From Pseudomonadota bacterium (GTDB taxonomy: Bacteria; Verrucomicrobiota; Verrucomicrobiia; Limisphaerales; SXTU01): a stretch of DNA of 64,000 nt. Below the pieces are notes generated by a model. The model searched no databases. It was not told where the DNA came from and saw only the letters and a program-made list of their open reading frames with translations. A program made the translations under genes and the position numbers. Positions 14,657 to 25,011 of the stretch are shown here, one piece after another (position 1 is the stretch's first letter; every line of letters begins with the position of its first letter). The stretch spans positions 30,006-94,005 of the forward strand of contig RFVF01000007.1 in NCBI GenBank assembly GCA_009922615.1, written 5' to 3'.

Positions 14657-16684
14657 ATGCGTAACAAACTTCTCCTACTGCTCGCCGCCTTGCTCGCACT
14701 TGCGAATGCGGAACCCCTCTGTGCCCAGCCCGCCGGGCCGCAGCCGTGGTGGCCGGTGCAGCCGCGGCCGTTGCCGTTCCTGCATTCGCTCTTCACCAGC
14801 GAGATGGTGTTGCAGCGGGACGTGGCCGCGCCGATTTGGGGCTGGGCCAAGCCGGGCGAGAAAATCTCCGTGTCGGTGGACGGCCAGCCGGCGGCGCAGG
14901 CTGTCGCGGGTGCGGACGGACGATGGTCGGCGAAGGTGGGACCGTTCAAGGCGGGCGGGCCGCACACAGTCGTGGTCGAGGGCGGCGGGCGCAAGGAGAC
15001 GCTGACCAACGTGCTCTTCGGCGATGTGTGGCTCTGCACCGGGCAGTCGAACATGAACTGGCCGGTGCGCCTGGCGCAGAACGCGGAGGAGGAAGTGAAG
15101 GCGGCGACGAACGCAAACATCCGCTCGTTCACCGTGAACTTTTATTCCGCGCTCAAGCCGGAGCTGCTGCCGCCTGCCGCGCGCTGGGAGCGCTGCGAGC
15201 CGGAGTTTTCCAAGAACTTCACGGCGGTCGGTTACTTCTTCGCGCGGGAGATTCAGGCCAAGACGGGCGTGCCCATCGGCCTCATCCACAGCTCGGCCGG
15301 CGCGACGGCGGCGGAGGCGTGGGTGAGCGCAGAGGCGTTGCGTCGCGAGATGCCGTATGACTTTCCCCAGCGCTTCACCGAGCTGGATCAGACGAATGCG
15401 TTCTTCGGTGCGGACTTCGAGTTCTTCCGCGCGCTGGAGCAGTGGACCGCGCAGGTGGACCCGGTGAGCGCGGTGAAGAAGTTTCCCTCGAACCCGAACC
15501 TCGACACGAGCGACTGGATGGACATCCAGGTGCCCATGGCGTGGGAGAAAACGGGGATTCCCGAGTTGCAGGACTTCGACGGACTGGTGTGGTTTCGGAC
15601 CACGTTCGACGTGCCGGAGAAGTGGGCGGGTCAGGACTTGATGCTGAGTCTCTCGGTGGTGCGGGACGCGGATGTAATATGGTGGAACGGCGCGGTGCTG
15701 GGGTCGAAGCAGACATCGGGCATCCGCAACTACATAGTGGAAGCATCGCGCGTGAAACCGGGGAAGAACCTGTTAGTGGCGGCGATTGTGAACACGAATG
15801 GGCCGGGGGGATTTGACTCGCAGCCGAGCAACATGGTGCTGCGCCCCGCGACCAATCCCGGCACGAACCAGGTGCGCATCGCGGGCACTTGGAAGGCACG
15901 GCGTGGTCCGGCGATGGCGGACTTGAAAGTGCCGTTTCCGATTCCGCGGGTCGGACATTACAAGACCATCAGCTCGCTCTATAACGGAATGATTGCGCCG
16001 CTGACGCCGTTCGCGGTGAAGGGCGCGCTCTGGTATCAAGGCGAAGCGAACGGGCCGTTCTGGCTCCAGTATCGGCGCCTGCTGCCGACGCTGATCGCAG
16101 ACTGGCGGAAGCGGTTTGAGGTCGGCGACTTTCCGTTCCTCATCGTGTCGCTGGCGAATCTCGGGACGGCCCAGACGAAGCCCGTGGAGCCGGGCTGGGC
16201 GGAAATTCGCGAGTCGCAGTGGCGCACCACGCGCACGGTGCCGAACACCGGGCTGGCGATGACGGTGGATATCGGCGACCCGAAGGACATCCACCCGCGC
16301 AACAAACAGGAAGTCGGCCGGCGGCTTTCGCTCGTCGCGCGGAAGATGGTTTACGGCGAGACGAACCTGGTGGCGTCCGGGCCGGAGTTCACCGAGATGC
16401 AAGTCGAGCTGCCCAAGGGCGACAAGATTCGGCTCTACTTCAAGAACGTGGGCGGCGGCCTGCGCATCAAGCCCGGTGACGATAAACTCAAGGGCTTCAT
16501 CGTGGCCGGCGCGGACAAGGAATGGGTCTGGGCCGACGCCGTCATCGAAGGCAACACCATCGTCGTCTCCTCGCCCGACGTGCCGCTGCCCAAGTATGTG
16601 CGCTACGGCTGGGCGTGGAACCCGGTGGTGAACTTGTTCAACGCGGAGGGTTTGCCGGCGATAACTTTCCGAACTGACGAATGA
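14657..16684 (+). CDS. Sialate O-acetylesterase (SASA/SGNH) with inserted sugar-binding domain
   Basis: MVLQRD, GDVWLCTGQSNM, LYNGMIAPL, WYQGEAN, DIHPRNKQEVGRRL; ATG at 14657. Confidence 0.9.
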   Translation: MRNKLLLLLAALLALANAEPLCAQPAGPQPWWPVQPRPLPFLHSLFTSEMVLQRDVAAPIWGWAKPGEKISVSVDGQPAAQAVAGADGRWSAKVGPFKAGGPHTVVVEGGGRKETLTNVLFGDVWLCTGQSNMNWPVRLAQNAEEEVKAATNANIRSFTVNFYSALKPELLPPAARWERCEPEFSKNFTAVGYFFAREIQAKTGVPIGLIHSSAGATAAEAWVSAEALRREMPYDFPQRFTELDQTNAFFGADFEFFRALEQWTAQVDPVSAVKKFPSNPNLDTSDWMDIQVPMAWEKTGIPELQDFDGLVWFRTTFDVPEKWAGQDLMLSLSVVRDADVIWWNGAVLGSKQTSGIRNYIVEASRVKPGKNLLVAAIVNTNGPGGFDSQPSNMVLRPATNPGTNQVRIAGTWKARRGPAMADLKVPFPIPRVGHYKTISSLYNGMIAPLTPFAVKGALWYQGEANGPFWLQYRRLLPTLIADWRKRFEVGDFPFLIVSLANLGTAQTKPVEPGWAEIRESQWRTTRTVPNTGLAMTVDIGDPKDIHPRNKQEVGRRLSLVARKMVYGETNLVASGPEFTEMQVELPKGDKIRLYFKNVGGGLRIKPGDDKLKGFIVAGADKEWVWADAVIEGNTIVVSSPDVPLPKYVRYGWAWNPVVNLFNAEGLPAITFRTDE

Positions 16685-17679
16685 AAACTTTCGCCTGTCT
16701 CCCCGTTCTACTCGTCGCATTGAATGCTGCGCATCCAGCGGAACTGCCGCCACTCGTCCGCCTCGGCAATCCCGTCGGCGGGCACATCCATCCCGCCGCG
16801 TGCGTCAGCGCGAAGGGCACCCTCGTCGTCACCTACGGCCACGTGAACCATCGCGACTTGCGCCTCACGCGCTCGACCGACGGCGGCGCGACTTGGAGCG
16901 AGCCGAAGCCGTTCGCGCCGACCGTCGGCAAGACCTACTACCCCGGCTCGCTCACGACGTTGCGCGATGGCCGGCTCCTGCACGCGTGGAACCGCTGGAG
17001 CGAGCCGACCAACGAGAAGGAGCCGCGCTCCGTCCTCTACTCGTTGTCCAGCGACGACGGGCTGACGTGGAGTGAACCGAAGCCGTTTCCACGCGACGAG
17101 AAAGTCGTGAGCAACATCCGGCATCCCATCGTGGAACTCGCCGCGAACCAGTGGCTCCTGCCGCTGGGCGACCAGACGCAGGTGTTCGACCCCACGACCG
17201 GCACGAGCCAGCCCTTCGGCGATGGCCGCGCGCACGGGCTGGTGCCCATCGTCCGCACGCCGAAAGGCACGTTTGTCAGCGGTGCCGGCCTGCGCTCCCC
17301 GGACGCGGGCAAAACTTGGCAGACGATCGCGAACTTCCCGAACCTGAAGGAGCAAGGCTGGCGGCACGAGATGATCTGCCTCGCGAACGGCTGGCTGCTC
17401 GCGTCGGAAATCCTCGGGCCGGGCGTGGGCGGCGAGCGCATCCGCTACGTGCTCTCACGCGATGACGGCGTCACATGGGGCGAGGTCTTCGAGTATTACA
17501 ATCCCGGCCGCGCCATCGGCGGCCGCGCCTGCCCACGCACCGTCGAGCTGGGCGGTGGGAACATTGGCGTCGTGTTCTACGACGTGGAGCCGAAACAAAC
17601 CGGCGGGCCGGGCTTGTTCTTTCAGAAGCTGGCGGTGGACAAACTGGGGCGCGAGGCGAAGGCTCGCGGCACAAACTAA
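16681..17679 (+). CDS. Sialidase-like BNR/Asp-box beta-propeller
   Basis: Asp boxes STDGGATW, SDDGLTW, SPDAGKTW, SRDDGVTW; signal peptide. Confidence 0.8.
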   Translation: MKTFACLPVLLVALNAAHPAELPPLVRLGNPVGGHIHPAACVSAKGTLVVTYGHVNHRDLRLTRSTDGGATWSEPKPFAPTVGKTYYPGSLTTLRDGRLLHAWNRWSEPTNEKEPRSVLYSLSSDDGLTWSEPKPFPRDEKVVSNIRHPIVELAANQWLLPLGDQTQVFDPTTGTSQPFGDGRAHGLVPIVRTPKGTFVSGAGLRSPDAGKTWQTIANFPNLKEQGWRHEMICLANGWLLASEILGPGVGGERIRYVLSRDDGVTWGEVFEYYNPGRAIGGRACPRTVELGGGNIGVVFYDVEPKQTGGPGLFFQKLAVDKLGREAKARGTN

Positions 17680-17689
17680 ACTCGCGATT

Positions 17690-18664
17690 ATGAAACTGAT
17701 TCTCTGCCTCGCCCTATTGTGTTCGTCGCTGCTGTCGGTTCACGCTGCTGCCGTCAAAGTCTTCATCCTCGCCGGGCAATCGAACATGGAAGGTCAGGGC
17801 TTCATCGCCGCCGACCCGAAGCGCAACGGCGGTAAAGGCTCGCTGGAATTCCTCGCCAAGGACGACGCCACCAAGGCGAAGTTCGCGCCGTTGCTGGACG
17901 CCGCTGGCAAGTGGCGCGTGCGCGACGATGTCTTCATCAGCTACCTCGACCGCAAGGGTCCGCTCACCGTCGGCTTCGGGGCGAAGGAGACGCAGATTGG
18001 TCCGGAGCTGGGCTTCGGCTGGGTGACGGGCGACGCGTTCAAAGAGCCGGTGTTGCTCATCAAGTGCGCGTGGGGCGGCAAGAGCCTCGCGGTGGATTTC
18101 CGGCCGCCGAGCGCGGGCAAGCCGCCCTATTCGCTCGGCGAGAAACAGGACGCCGCGCTCGCGCAAGACCCCACTCCGCTCGGCAAGTATTACCGTGAAA
18201 CTCTCGCGCTCACGAAGGCCGCGCTCGCCAGGGTGAAGGAGCTGGTTCCCGGCAGCGATGGGAAATACGAGGTCGTCGGCTTCGGCTGGCACCAAGGCTG
18301 GAACGACCGCATCAACGACAAGTTCAACGCGGAATACGAGAGCAACATGGCGCACTTCATCCGCGATATGCGCCGCGATCTCGGCGTGCCGAAGCTGCCC
18401 TTCGTCATCGCCGAGACGGGCATGACCGGTCCCGGTGAGACACATCCGCGCGCCCTGTCGTTGATGAAGGCCCAGGCCGCCGTCGCCGAGCGCGCGGAGT
18501 TTAAGGGCAACGTCGCCTTCGTCGGCACGAAGTCGTTCTGGCGGGAGAAGGAAGTTTCACCATCGAGCCAAGGCTACCACTGGAACACCAACGCCGAGAC
18601 CTACTGGCTCATCGGCGAAGCAATGGGCCAGGCGATGTTGCAGTTGTTGAATAACAGCCGGTGA
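17690..18664 (+). CDS. SASA/CE6-like carbohydrate acetylesterase
   Basis: VFILAGQSNMEG, IGPELGFG, WHQGWND, GYHW; ATG at 17690. Confidence 0.85.
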   Translation: MKLILCLALLCSSLLSVHAAAVKVFILAGQSNMEGQGFIAADPKRNGGKGSLEFLAKDDATKAKFAPLLDAAGKWRVRDDVFISYLDRKGPLTVGFGAKETQIGPELGFGWVTGDAFKEPVLLIKCAWGGKSLAVDFRPPSAGKPPYSLGEKQDAALAQDPTPLGKYYRETLALTKAALARVKELVPGSDGKYEVVGFGWHQGWNDRINDKFNAEYESNMAHFIRDMRRDLGVPKLPFVIAETGMTGPGETHPRALSLMKAQAAVAERAEFKGNVAFVGTKSFWREKEVSPSSQGYHWNTNAETYWLIGEAMGQAMLQLLNNSR

Positions 18665-18717
18665 AGCCTGCGGCACTTCGAGTGAAGCCCGCCCATTCCC
18701 GCCGCGTATAACTCTCG

Positions 18718-21700
18718 ATGCCGATGAAGACACTTGCCCTGTGTTCGCTGCTTCCCGCCTTGCTGTTCCTCGCCCGCCCGGCGCGCGCGGCCACGGCGGA
18801 TTATCAAAAGGAAATCCGCCCGTTGCTCGGCGAGTTCTGCCTCAAGTGCCACTCAACCAAGGACCACAAGGGCGACCTCGACCTCGAACGCTTCAAGTCG
18901 CTCGATGCCGTGAAGCGCGATGCGAAGGTCTGGCTGCAAGTCGAAGAGCAACTCGAACTCGGCGAGATGCCGCCCAAGGACAAGCCGCAGCTCTCCTCCG
19001 CGCAGAAGGCCAAGCTCGTCGCGTGGGTGCGCGGCACGCTCCATGACATCGCGTTGGCCAACGCGGGCGACCCCGGGCCCGTCGTGCTGCGCCGCCTCTC
19101 GAATGCGGAATACACCTACACCGTGCGCGACCTCACGGGCGTCGCCGCGCTCGACCCCACGCGCGAGTTCCCCACGGACGGCGCGGCGGGCGAGGGTTTC
19201 TCCAACGCCGGCGCGGCGCTCGTCATGTCGCCCGCGCTGCTCACGAAGTATCTCGACGCCGCCAAGGACCTCGCCGCGCACGCCGTGCTGCTGCCCGACG
19301 GCCTCGCCTTTTCGCCGAGCACCTCGCAGCGCGACTGGACGGAGGAGCGACTTGCGGCCATCCGCAACTTCTACGCGCAGTTCACCGAGAAGGGCGGCGG
19401 CTCGGCCGTGAACCTGCAAGGCATCAAGTTCGATACGAAGGACGGCGGTGTGCTGCCGCTGGAGAAGTATCTCGCCGCAACAATTGCCGAGCGCGATGCG
19501 CTGACGGCCAAACGCAAGACCATCGCCGAGGTAGCCAAAGAACGCGGCCTGAACGCAAAGTATCTCACCACCCTCTGGACCGCGCTCAACGACTCGCAGC
19601 CCTCCCTCCTCCTCGACCCGCTCCGCGCGAAGTGGCGCTCCGCCAAGCCCGCCGACGCCCCCGCCCTCACTGCAAGCATCGCGCAATGGCAGCGGGCCTT
19701 GTGGCGCTTCACCACCGTCGGCCACATCGGCAAGCGCAACGGTCCGAGCGCGTGGCAGATGCCCGTCGTCCCACTTGCAGCCTCGCAGGAGGTGCGCGTG
19801 AAGTTGCCCGCGCCCACCAGCGGCAACGAAGTCGTTCTCTACCTGCTTGCCTCCGATGCCGGCGACGGCAACGAGCACGACTTCGCCGTCTGGGAAAACC
19901 CGCGCCTCGTCGCCCCCGGCCGACCCGACCTCCACCTGCGCGACGTGCGCGACGCCGTGCTGGCGTTCCAAACGCAGCGCGAGCTCGTCGCGGCCAGCGT
20001 GGTGAAATGCCTCACCGCAGCAGACGAGGCGAGCGCGTTGCCCGACCGCAGCGGCGTTGCGGGACTCGCGCAAAAGCACGGCGTCGACGGTGGGTTGCTC
20101 ACCGCGTGGCTGGATTACCTCGGCATCGGCGGCGGGCCGGTGCGCGTGACCTCGCACATGACCAAGAAGGCCGAGAGCGCGAACAATTACGACTTCATCA
20201 AGGGTTGGACCGGCGCGGATGCGTTGAGTGTGCTCGCCAATTCCTCCGACAACGCCGTCCGCATCCCCGGCCACATGAAGCCGCACAGCGTCGGGGTGCA
20301 TCCCTCGCCGAAGCTGCGCGCGTGCATCGGCTGGCACAGTCCTGTCGCTGCGAACGTCCGCGTCGAGGCCAGCGTGCAGCCCGCGCATCCCGAGTGCGGC
20401 AATGGCATCGAGTGGTGGCTCGAATTGCGCCGAGGCAGCACGCGGCAGCGGCTGGCGGCTGGCACCGCGCAGGGCGCGAAAGAAGTGAAGCTCGGACCAT
20501 TCGACCAACTCGTCGTGCAACCGGGCGACTTGCTCTCGCTCATCGTCGGCCCGCGCGACGGCAATCACTCGTGCGACATGACGTCGGTGGCCTTGGATCT
20601 GAAGGCGTCCGATGGCAAGTCATGGAACCTAGCTCGCGATGTCTCGCCAAACATCCTCGCTGGCAATCCGCACGCGGACTCGCTCGGCAATCCGGGCGTC
20701 TGGCACTTCTACAGCGAGCCCGACAAGGGCGGCGGCACGGACTCGGTGATTCCCGCCGGCTCGTTGCTGGCGAAATGGCGCGCCGCCACGGACGCGCCGG
20801 AGAAGTCGCGCCTCGCCGGTGCAGTGCAGAAGCTCCTGCAAAGCGGCGTGGCCGGCTTGGCGAAGGACGCGCCGGACGCGCTGCTGCACCGGCAGCTAAT
20901 GGCGCTGGGCGGCCCGCTGTTCAAGAGCCCACTGGGTAGCAGCCGACGTGAGGAGGCTCCAATCAACCCCCAAGTGAGTCAGAGCCTCCTTACGTCGGCT
21001 GCTACCTGGGGCTTGGCTACCGCGCTCTTCGGCAAGCACCCCAACGGCTCCGCGCTGCCCACCGCGAACCTCTGCGTTCGCGCACCGTCGTTGCTCGAAG
21101 TCCGCCTGCCCGCCGACCTCGTCGAGGGCTGCGAGTTCGTCGCCACCGCGACCTTGCATCACGAGACGGGCGCGGAGAGCAGCGTGCAAATGCAGGCGCT
21201 CACCACCAAGCCCGCCAGCGCCACCGGCCTCGCAGCCGGCGCGGCAAAGGAGTTGGGCGGCAAGAGCACTTGGTCCGATGGCGAGCGGCCCATCGGCTCG
21301 GACACGCCGATTCTGGTCCTCGACGGCAGCGCCGCGCGCAAACGAATCGAGGCTGCGCTCGACCAGTTCCGCCAGCTTTTCCCCGCTGCGCTTTGCTACA
21401 CAAAGATTGTGCCGGTGGACGAGGTGGTGACGCTCACGCTGTATTACCGCGAGGACGACCAGCTTCGCCGCCTGCTGCTGGACGACACGCAAACCGCCGA
21501 GCTGGAGCGGCTCTGGGCAGAGTTGCGCTTTGTGAGCCACGAGCCGTTGAAGACGGTCGAGGCCTTCGAGCAAATCTGGCAGTTCGCCACGCAAGATGCG
21601 GACCCGTCCGTCTTCACGCCGATGCGCGAGCCTATCAAGCAACGCGCGTTGGCCTTCGGAGCGGAGTTGGTCGCGGCGGAGCCAAAGCAGCTCGAAGCCG

Positions 21701-22935
21701 TGGTGAACTTCGCCGAGCGCGCGTGGCGTCGCCCGCTGAAGAGCGCCGAGCGCGAGGAGTTGAACGCGCTCTACCGCAAGCTGCGCGCGCAGGAGCTGCC
21801 GCACGACACGGCCATCCGCATGACGCTGGCCCGCGTGTTCGTCGCGCCGGGCTTCCTCTACAAGTTCGAGCAGCCCGCCCCGGGCAAGGCCCAGTCGCCG
21901 GTCAGCGACACCGAGCTGGCCACGCGGTTGAGTTACTTCCTCTGGTCCTCCGCGCCAGACGCGGAACTGGCCTCGCTCGCGGCGACGGGCAAGTTGTGCA
22001 ACCCCGACGTGCTCGCCGCGCAGACGCGCCGGATGCTGCGCGACCCGCGCGTGCGGCGGCTGGCGGTGGAGTTCGGCGCGCAATGGCTTCACACGCGCGA
22101 CCTCGACAAACTCGACGAGAAGAGCGAGCGGCATTTCCCGACGTTCGCCTCGGTGCGCGGCGCGTTGAACGAGGAGCCGATTCGTTTCTTCACCGACCTC
22201 TTCCAACGCGACGGCTCCGTGCTCGCGCTGCTGGACGCGGATTACACCTTCGTCAACGCGACGCTGGCGAAGCACTACGGGCTGACGGGCATGAGCGGCG
22301 ACGATTGGCGTCGCGTGGACGGCGTGCGAGCGCAAGGTCGCGGCGGCGTGCTGGGCTTCGGCGCGACGCTGGCGAAGCAGAGTGGCGCCTCCCGCACCAG
22401 CCCGATTCTGCGCGGCAACTGGTTGAGCGAAACTCTGCTCGGCGAGCGCCTGCCGCGTCCGCCGAAGGGCGTCCCCGTGCTGCCCGAGGAAGCGCCCGCC
22501 GGCCTCACCGAGCGCGCGCTCATCGAGCGGCACAGCAGCGATCCAAAGTGCGCCGGCTGCCACGCGCGCATTGACCCGTTCGGCTTCGCGCTGGAGCGCT
22601 ACGACGCCATCGGCCGCCTGCGCGCGAAGGACGCGGCGGGCCTGCCGATTGACTCGCGTACGCGCACAGCGGACGGCACGGAGCTGGACGGCCTCGATGG
22701 CCTGCGGACTTACCTGCTCACGATTCGACGCGACGCCTTCGAACGGCAGTTCTGCCGGAAGCTGCTCGGCTTCGCGCTCGGCCGCAGCGTGCAGTTGAGC
22801 GACCAACCGCTGATTGATGAGATGCTCAAGCAGCTCGCAGCGAACGAACATCGCGTGGGTGCCGTCGTCGAAATGATTGTCCGTAGCCGGCAGTTTCGTG
22901 ATATACGCGGGCGTGACATGGCCGCAGCCGAATGA
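18718..22935 (+). CDS. DUF1592/DUF1588-type planctomycete cytochrome c protein
   Basis: CLKCH...MPP, LRRLSNAEYTYTVRDL, ELATRLSYFLWSSAPD, TSPILRGNW, CAGCHARIDPFGFALE. Confidence 0.92.
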   Translation: MPMKTLALCSLLPALLFLARPARAATADYQKEIRPLLGEFCLKCHSTKDHKGDLDLERFKSLDAVKRDAKVWLQVEEQLELGEMPPKDKPQLSSAQKAKLVAWVRGTLHDIALANAGDPGPVVLRRLSNAEYTYTVRDLTGVAALDPTREFPTDGAAGEGFSNAGAALVMSPALLTKYLDAAKDLAAHAVLLPDGLAFSPSTSQRDWTEERLAAIRNFYAQFTEKGGGSAVNLQGIKFDTKDGGVLPLEKYLAATIAERDALTAKRKTIAEVAKERGLNAKYLTTLWTALNDSQPSLLLDPLRAKWRSAKPADAPALTASIAQWQRALWRFTTVGHIGKRNGPSAWQMPVVPLAASQEVRVKLPAPTSGNEVVLYLLASDAGDGNEHDFAVWENPRLVAPGRPDLHLRDVRDAVLAFQTQRELVAASVVKCLTAADEASALPDRSGVAGLAQKHGVDGGLLTAWLDYLGIGGGPVRVTSHMTKKAESANNYDFIKGWTGADALSVLANSSDNAVRIPGHMKPHSVGVHPSPKLRACIGWHSPVAANVRVEASVQPAHPECGNGIEWWLELRRGSTRQRLAAGTAQGAKEVKLGPFDQLVVQPGDLLSLIVGPRDGNHSCDMTSVALDLKASDGKSWNLARDVSPNILAGNPHADSLGNPGVWHFYSEPDKGGGTDSVIPAGSLLAKWRAATDAPEKSRLAGAVQKLLQSGVAGLAKDAPDALLHRQLMALGGPLFKSPLGSSRREEAPINPQVSQSLLTSAATWGLATALFGKHPNGSALPTANLCVRAPSLLEVRLPADLVEGCEFVATATLHHETGAESSVQMQALTTKPASATGLAAGAAKELGGKSTWSDGERPIGSDTPILVLDGSAARKRIEAALDQFRQLFPAALCYTKIVPVDEVVTLTLYYREDDQLRRLLLDDTQTAELERLWAELRFVSHEPLKTVEAFEQIWQFATQDADPSVFTPMREPIKQRALAFGAELVAAEPKQLEAVVNFAERAWRRPLKSAEREELNALYRKLRAQELPHDTAIRMTLARVFVAPGFLYKFEQPAPGKAQSPVSDTELATRLSYFLWSSAPDAELASLAATGKLCNPDVLAAQTRRMLRDPRVRRLAVEFGAQWLHTRDLDKLDEKSERHFPTFASVRGALNEEPIRFFTDLFQRDGSVLALLDADYTFVNATLAKHYGLTGMSGDDWRRVDGVRAQGRGGVLGFGATLAKQSGASRTSPILRGNWLSETLLGERLPRPPKGVPVLPEEAPAGLTERALIERHSSDPKCAGCHARIDPFGFALERYDAIGRLRAKDAAGLPIDSRTRTADGTELDGLDGLRTYLLTIRRDAFERQFCRKLLGFALGRSVQLSDQPLIDEMLKQLAANEHRVGAVVEMIVRSRQFRDIRGRDMAAAE
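20935..21006. repeat. 72-bp palindromic element inserted in frame in the DUF1592 gene
   Basis: GGTAGCAGCCGACGTGAGGAGGCTC / GAGCCTCCTTACGTCGGCTGCTACC, 24/25 complementary, 22-nt loop. Confidence 0.9.
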
Positions 22936-22945
22936 CTTTCAACCT

Positions 22946-24274
22946 ATGAGCACACACCACTTTCACCGCCGCGCCTTTCTGCGCGGGGTCGGCGTCACGA
23001 TGGCCCTGCCGTGGCTGGAATCGTTCAACGTCTGGGGCGACGAGCCGAAGCAGAAGCCCGCCAGCGAAGCGCCGGTGCGGCTCGCGGTGCTCTTCTCAGG
23101 CAATGGCTTTCACTCGAAGGAATGGTGGGCGAAGGGCGAGGGCAAGGCGATGGAACTGGGACGCGTGCTCACGCCGCTGGCGGACTTTCGCGAGAAGCTG
23201 ACCTTCGTGCGCGGCCTGTATCACGAGGAGGCGCGCAAGGGAAACATCCACAGCTCGCAGACGGGCAACATGCTTTCGGGCGCGCCCATCGCGTCGGGCG
23301 GGGAGATTCGGTCAGGCACGAGCTTTGACCAGTTGCTCGCGCAAACCTACGGCCGCTCGACGAAGGTCCCGAGCCTCGTGCTGGGCTGCGAGCATTCCAA
23401 TCCCTCCGTCCACAAAAACTACTCGATGCTCTACAGCTCGCACATCTCGTGGAGTTCGCCCACGACGCCGACGCCGCTGGAGCTTTACCCCGCGCTCGCC
23501 TTCGACCGCTTGTTCAAGGACGCCGCCACGCCCGGCGACAAGAGCGTGCTCGACGCCGTGCTCGCCGACGCCAGCAGCCTGCGCCGCAACATCAGCACCG
23601 CCGACCAGCGCAAGCTCGACGAATACCTCGACTCCGTGCGCGACGTGGAGAAGCGCATCGAGAACGCGGGCAAGCGCGGCGAAGTCCAGGGCTGGCGGCC
23701 CACCCTCGAGAAGCCGAACATGGCGCGTCCTGCCGACGGCATCCCGCAGGACATCGCGGAGCACATGCGGCTCATGTGCGACATCCTCGTGCTCGGCTTC
23801 CAGACCGACACCACGCGCATCACGACGCTCAAGCTGAACAACGACCACAGCGCGCTGCGTTTCCCGAACCTCCCGAGCGTGCAGCAGAAGGGCAACGGCA
23901 TTGACTACATGATTCACCATCTGCTCTCGCACAGCGACGGCGAGGACTGGCTGAAGGTGAACCAGTTTTTCATGGAGCAGGTGGCCTACGTCGCCCGGAA
24001 GCTCGACGCGATTCAGGAAGGCCCGCGCACGTTGCTCGACAACACCATGCTCATGCACTGCTCCAGCATGATGGCCGGTGCGAAACACGATAACGACCAA
24101 CTCCCCGTGCTCCTTCTCGGCGGTGCCAGCGGCCGGCTCAAGGGCGGTCGCAGCCTCGACTATAAGGACAAGCCCGACCGCCAGCTCTGCCGTCTGTTCA
24201 TGTCCATGATGGACAAGATGGACGTGCGCCCGAAGACCTTCGGCGACGCGAAAGCGCCGCTCGAAGAAGTGTGA
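22946..24274 (+). CDS. DUF1552 domain protein (partner of DUF1592 protein)
   Basis: RRAFLRGVGVTMALPWLES, ISWSSPTTP, KLDEYLDSVRDVE, TLLDNT; ATG at 22946. Confidence 0.92.
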   Translation: MSTHHFHRRAFLRGVGVTMALPWLESFNVWGDEPKQKPASEAPVRLAVLFSGNGFHSKEWWAKGEGKAMELGRVLTPLADFREKLTFVRGLYHEEARKGNIHSSQTGNMLSGAPIASGGEIRSGTSFDQLLAQTYGRSTKVPSLVLGCEHSNPSVHKNYSMLYSSHISWSSPTTPTPLELYPALAFDRLFKDAATPGDKSVLDAVLADASSLRRNISTADQRKLDEYLDSVRDVEKRIENAGKRGEVQGWRPTLEKPNMARPADGIPQDIAEHMRLMCDILVLGFQTDTTRITTLKLNNDHSALRFPNLPSVQQKGNGIDYMIHHLLSHSDGEDWLKVNQFFMEQVAYVARKLDAIQEGPRTLLDNTMLMHCSSMMAGAKHDNDQLPVLLLGGASGRLKGGRSLDYKDKPDRQLCRLFMSMMDKMDVRPKTFGDAKAPLEEV

Positions 24275-24351
24275 TGTGGGTCACGCAACAGTGAGCAAAC
24301 CACGGCTTAATTCACTCCTCGGCGCCGTTACCCGTTCGCTGTAACCGAGCC

Positions 24352-24903
24352 ATGAAGTATCCGACTCCAGCCGACATTGCTGAAATGAAAGCGAGAGGCC
24401 ATGACCCCATCACGATCGAGGAGGCGGAGCGGAAATCGAAACGGTGGACATCCGCTCAGGAGGTCTGCCGCGTCATCGAGTCTGCGTTTGCCGGAGTTAC
24501 GCTTGGCAATGGGGTTGGGCTTCAGGAGGCACAAGGCCTCGACGATTATGCCGGCGCCGAGACCTGCGCTGCCTACCGTTCCAACGACGAGAAGAACGAC
24601 TGGCATAGCATATCGGGAAAGGCACTTCGCCGTTGTAGCAGCAGCCTTAGCTTCTTCGACGCAGAAGGCATGCGGTTTCACCTTCCCGCCTACCTAATCG
24701 CAGACCTACGCGGGGAATATGGTTTTGGAATGGTGTTCTGCCTCACGCAGACCGGGGACTACGACCGCTACTTCCGCCTGCTTTCCGACGCCCAGCGCGG
24801 AGCGGTCAGAGCCTTTCTACTGCACCTTCTCGACGACCGAGATTACGAGTTTGACCGCCCTCACATCCTCCGCGCGCTGGATGAATACTGGACTGAGAAT
24901 TGA
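24352..24903 (+). CDS. DUF6714-like hypothetical protein
   Basis: IESAFAGVTLGNGVGLQEAQGLDDY and LSFFDAEGMRFHLPAYL; codon usage differs from neighbours. Confidence 0.65.
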   Translation: MKYPTPADIAEMKARGHDPITIEEAERKSKRWTSAQEVCRVIESAFAGVTLGNGVGLQEAQGLDDYAGAETCAAYRSNDEKNDWHSISGKALRRCSSSLSFFDAEGMRFHLPAYLIADLRGEYGFGMVFCLTQTGDYDRYFRLLSDAQRGAVRAFLLHLLDDRDYEFDRPHILRALDEYWTEN

Positions 24904-25011
24904 AGGCGTCAGCTCGTCGCCGAGCTCTGGCTTTATACCTTTCCCCGCGCAACACTGCCTCTGCCCTCTTTGATGTCGCCTCAGCTTCAGTTCGATTAAA
25001 CAATTCCCCGC

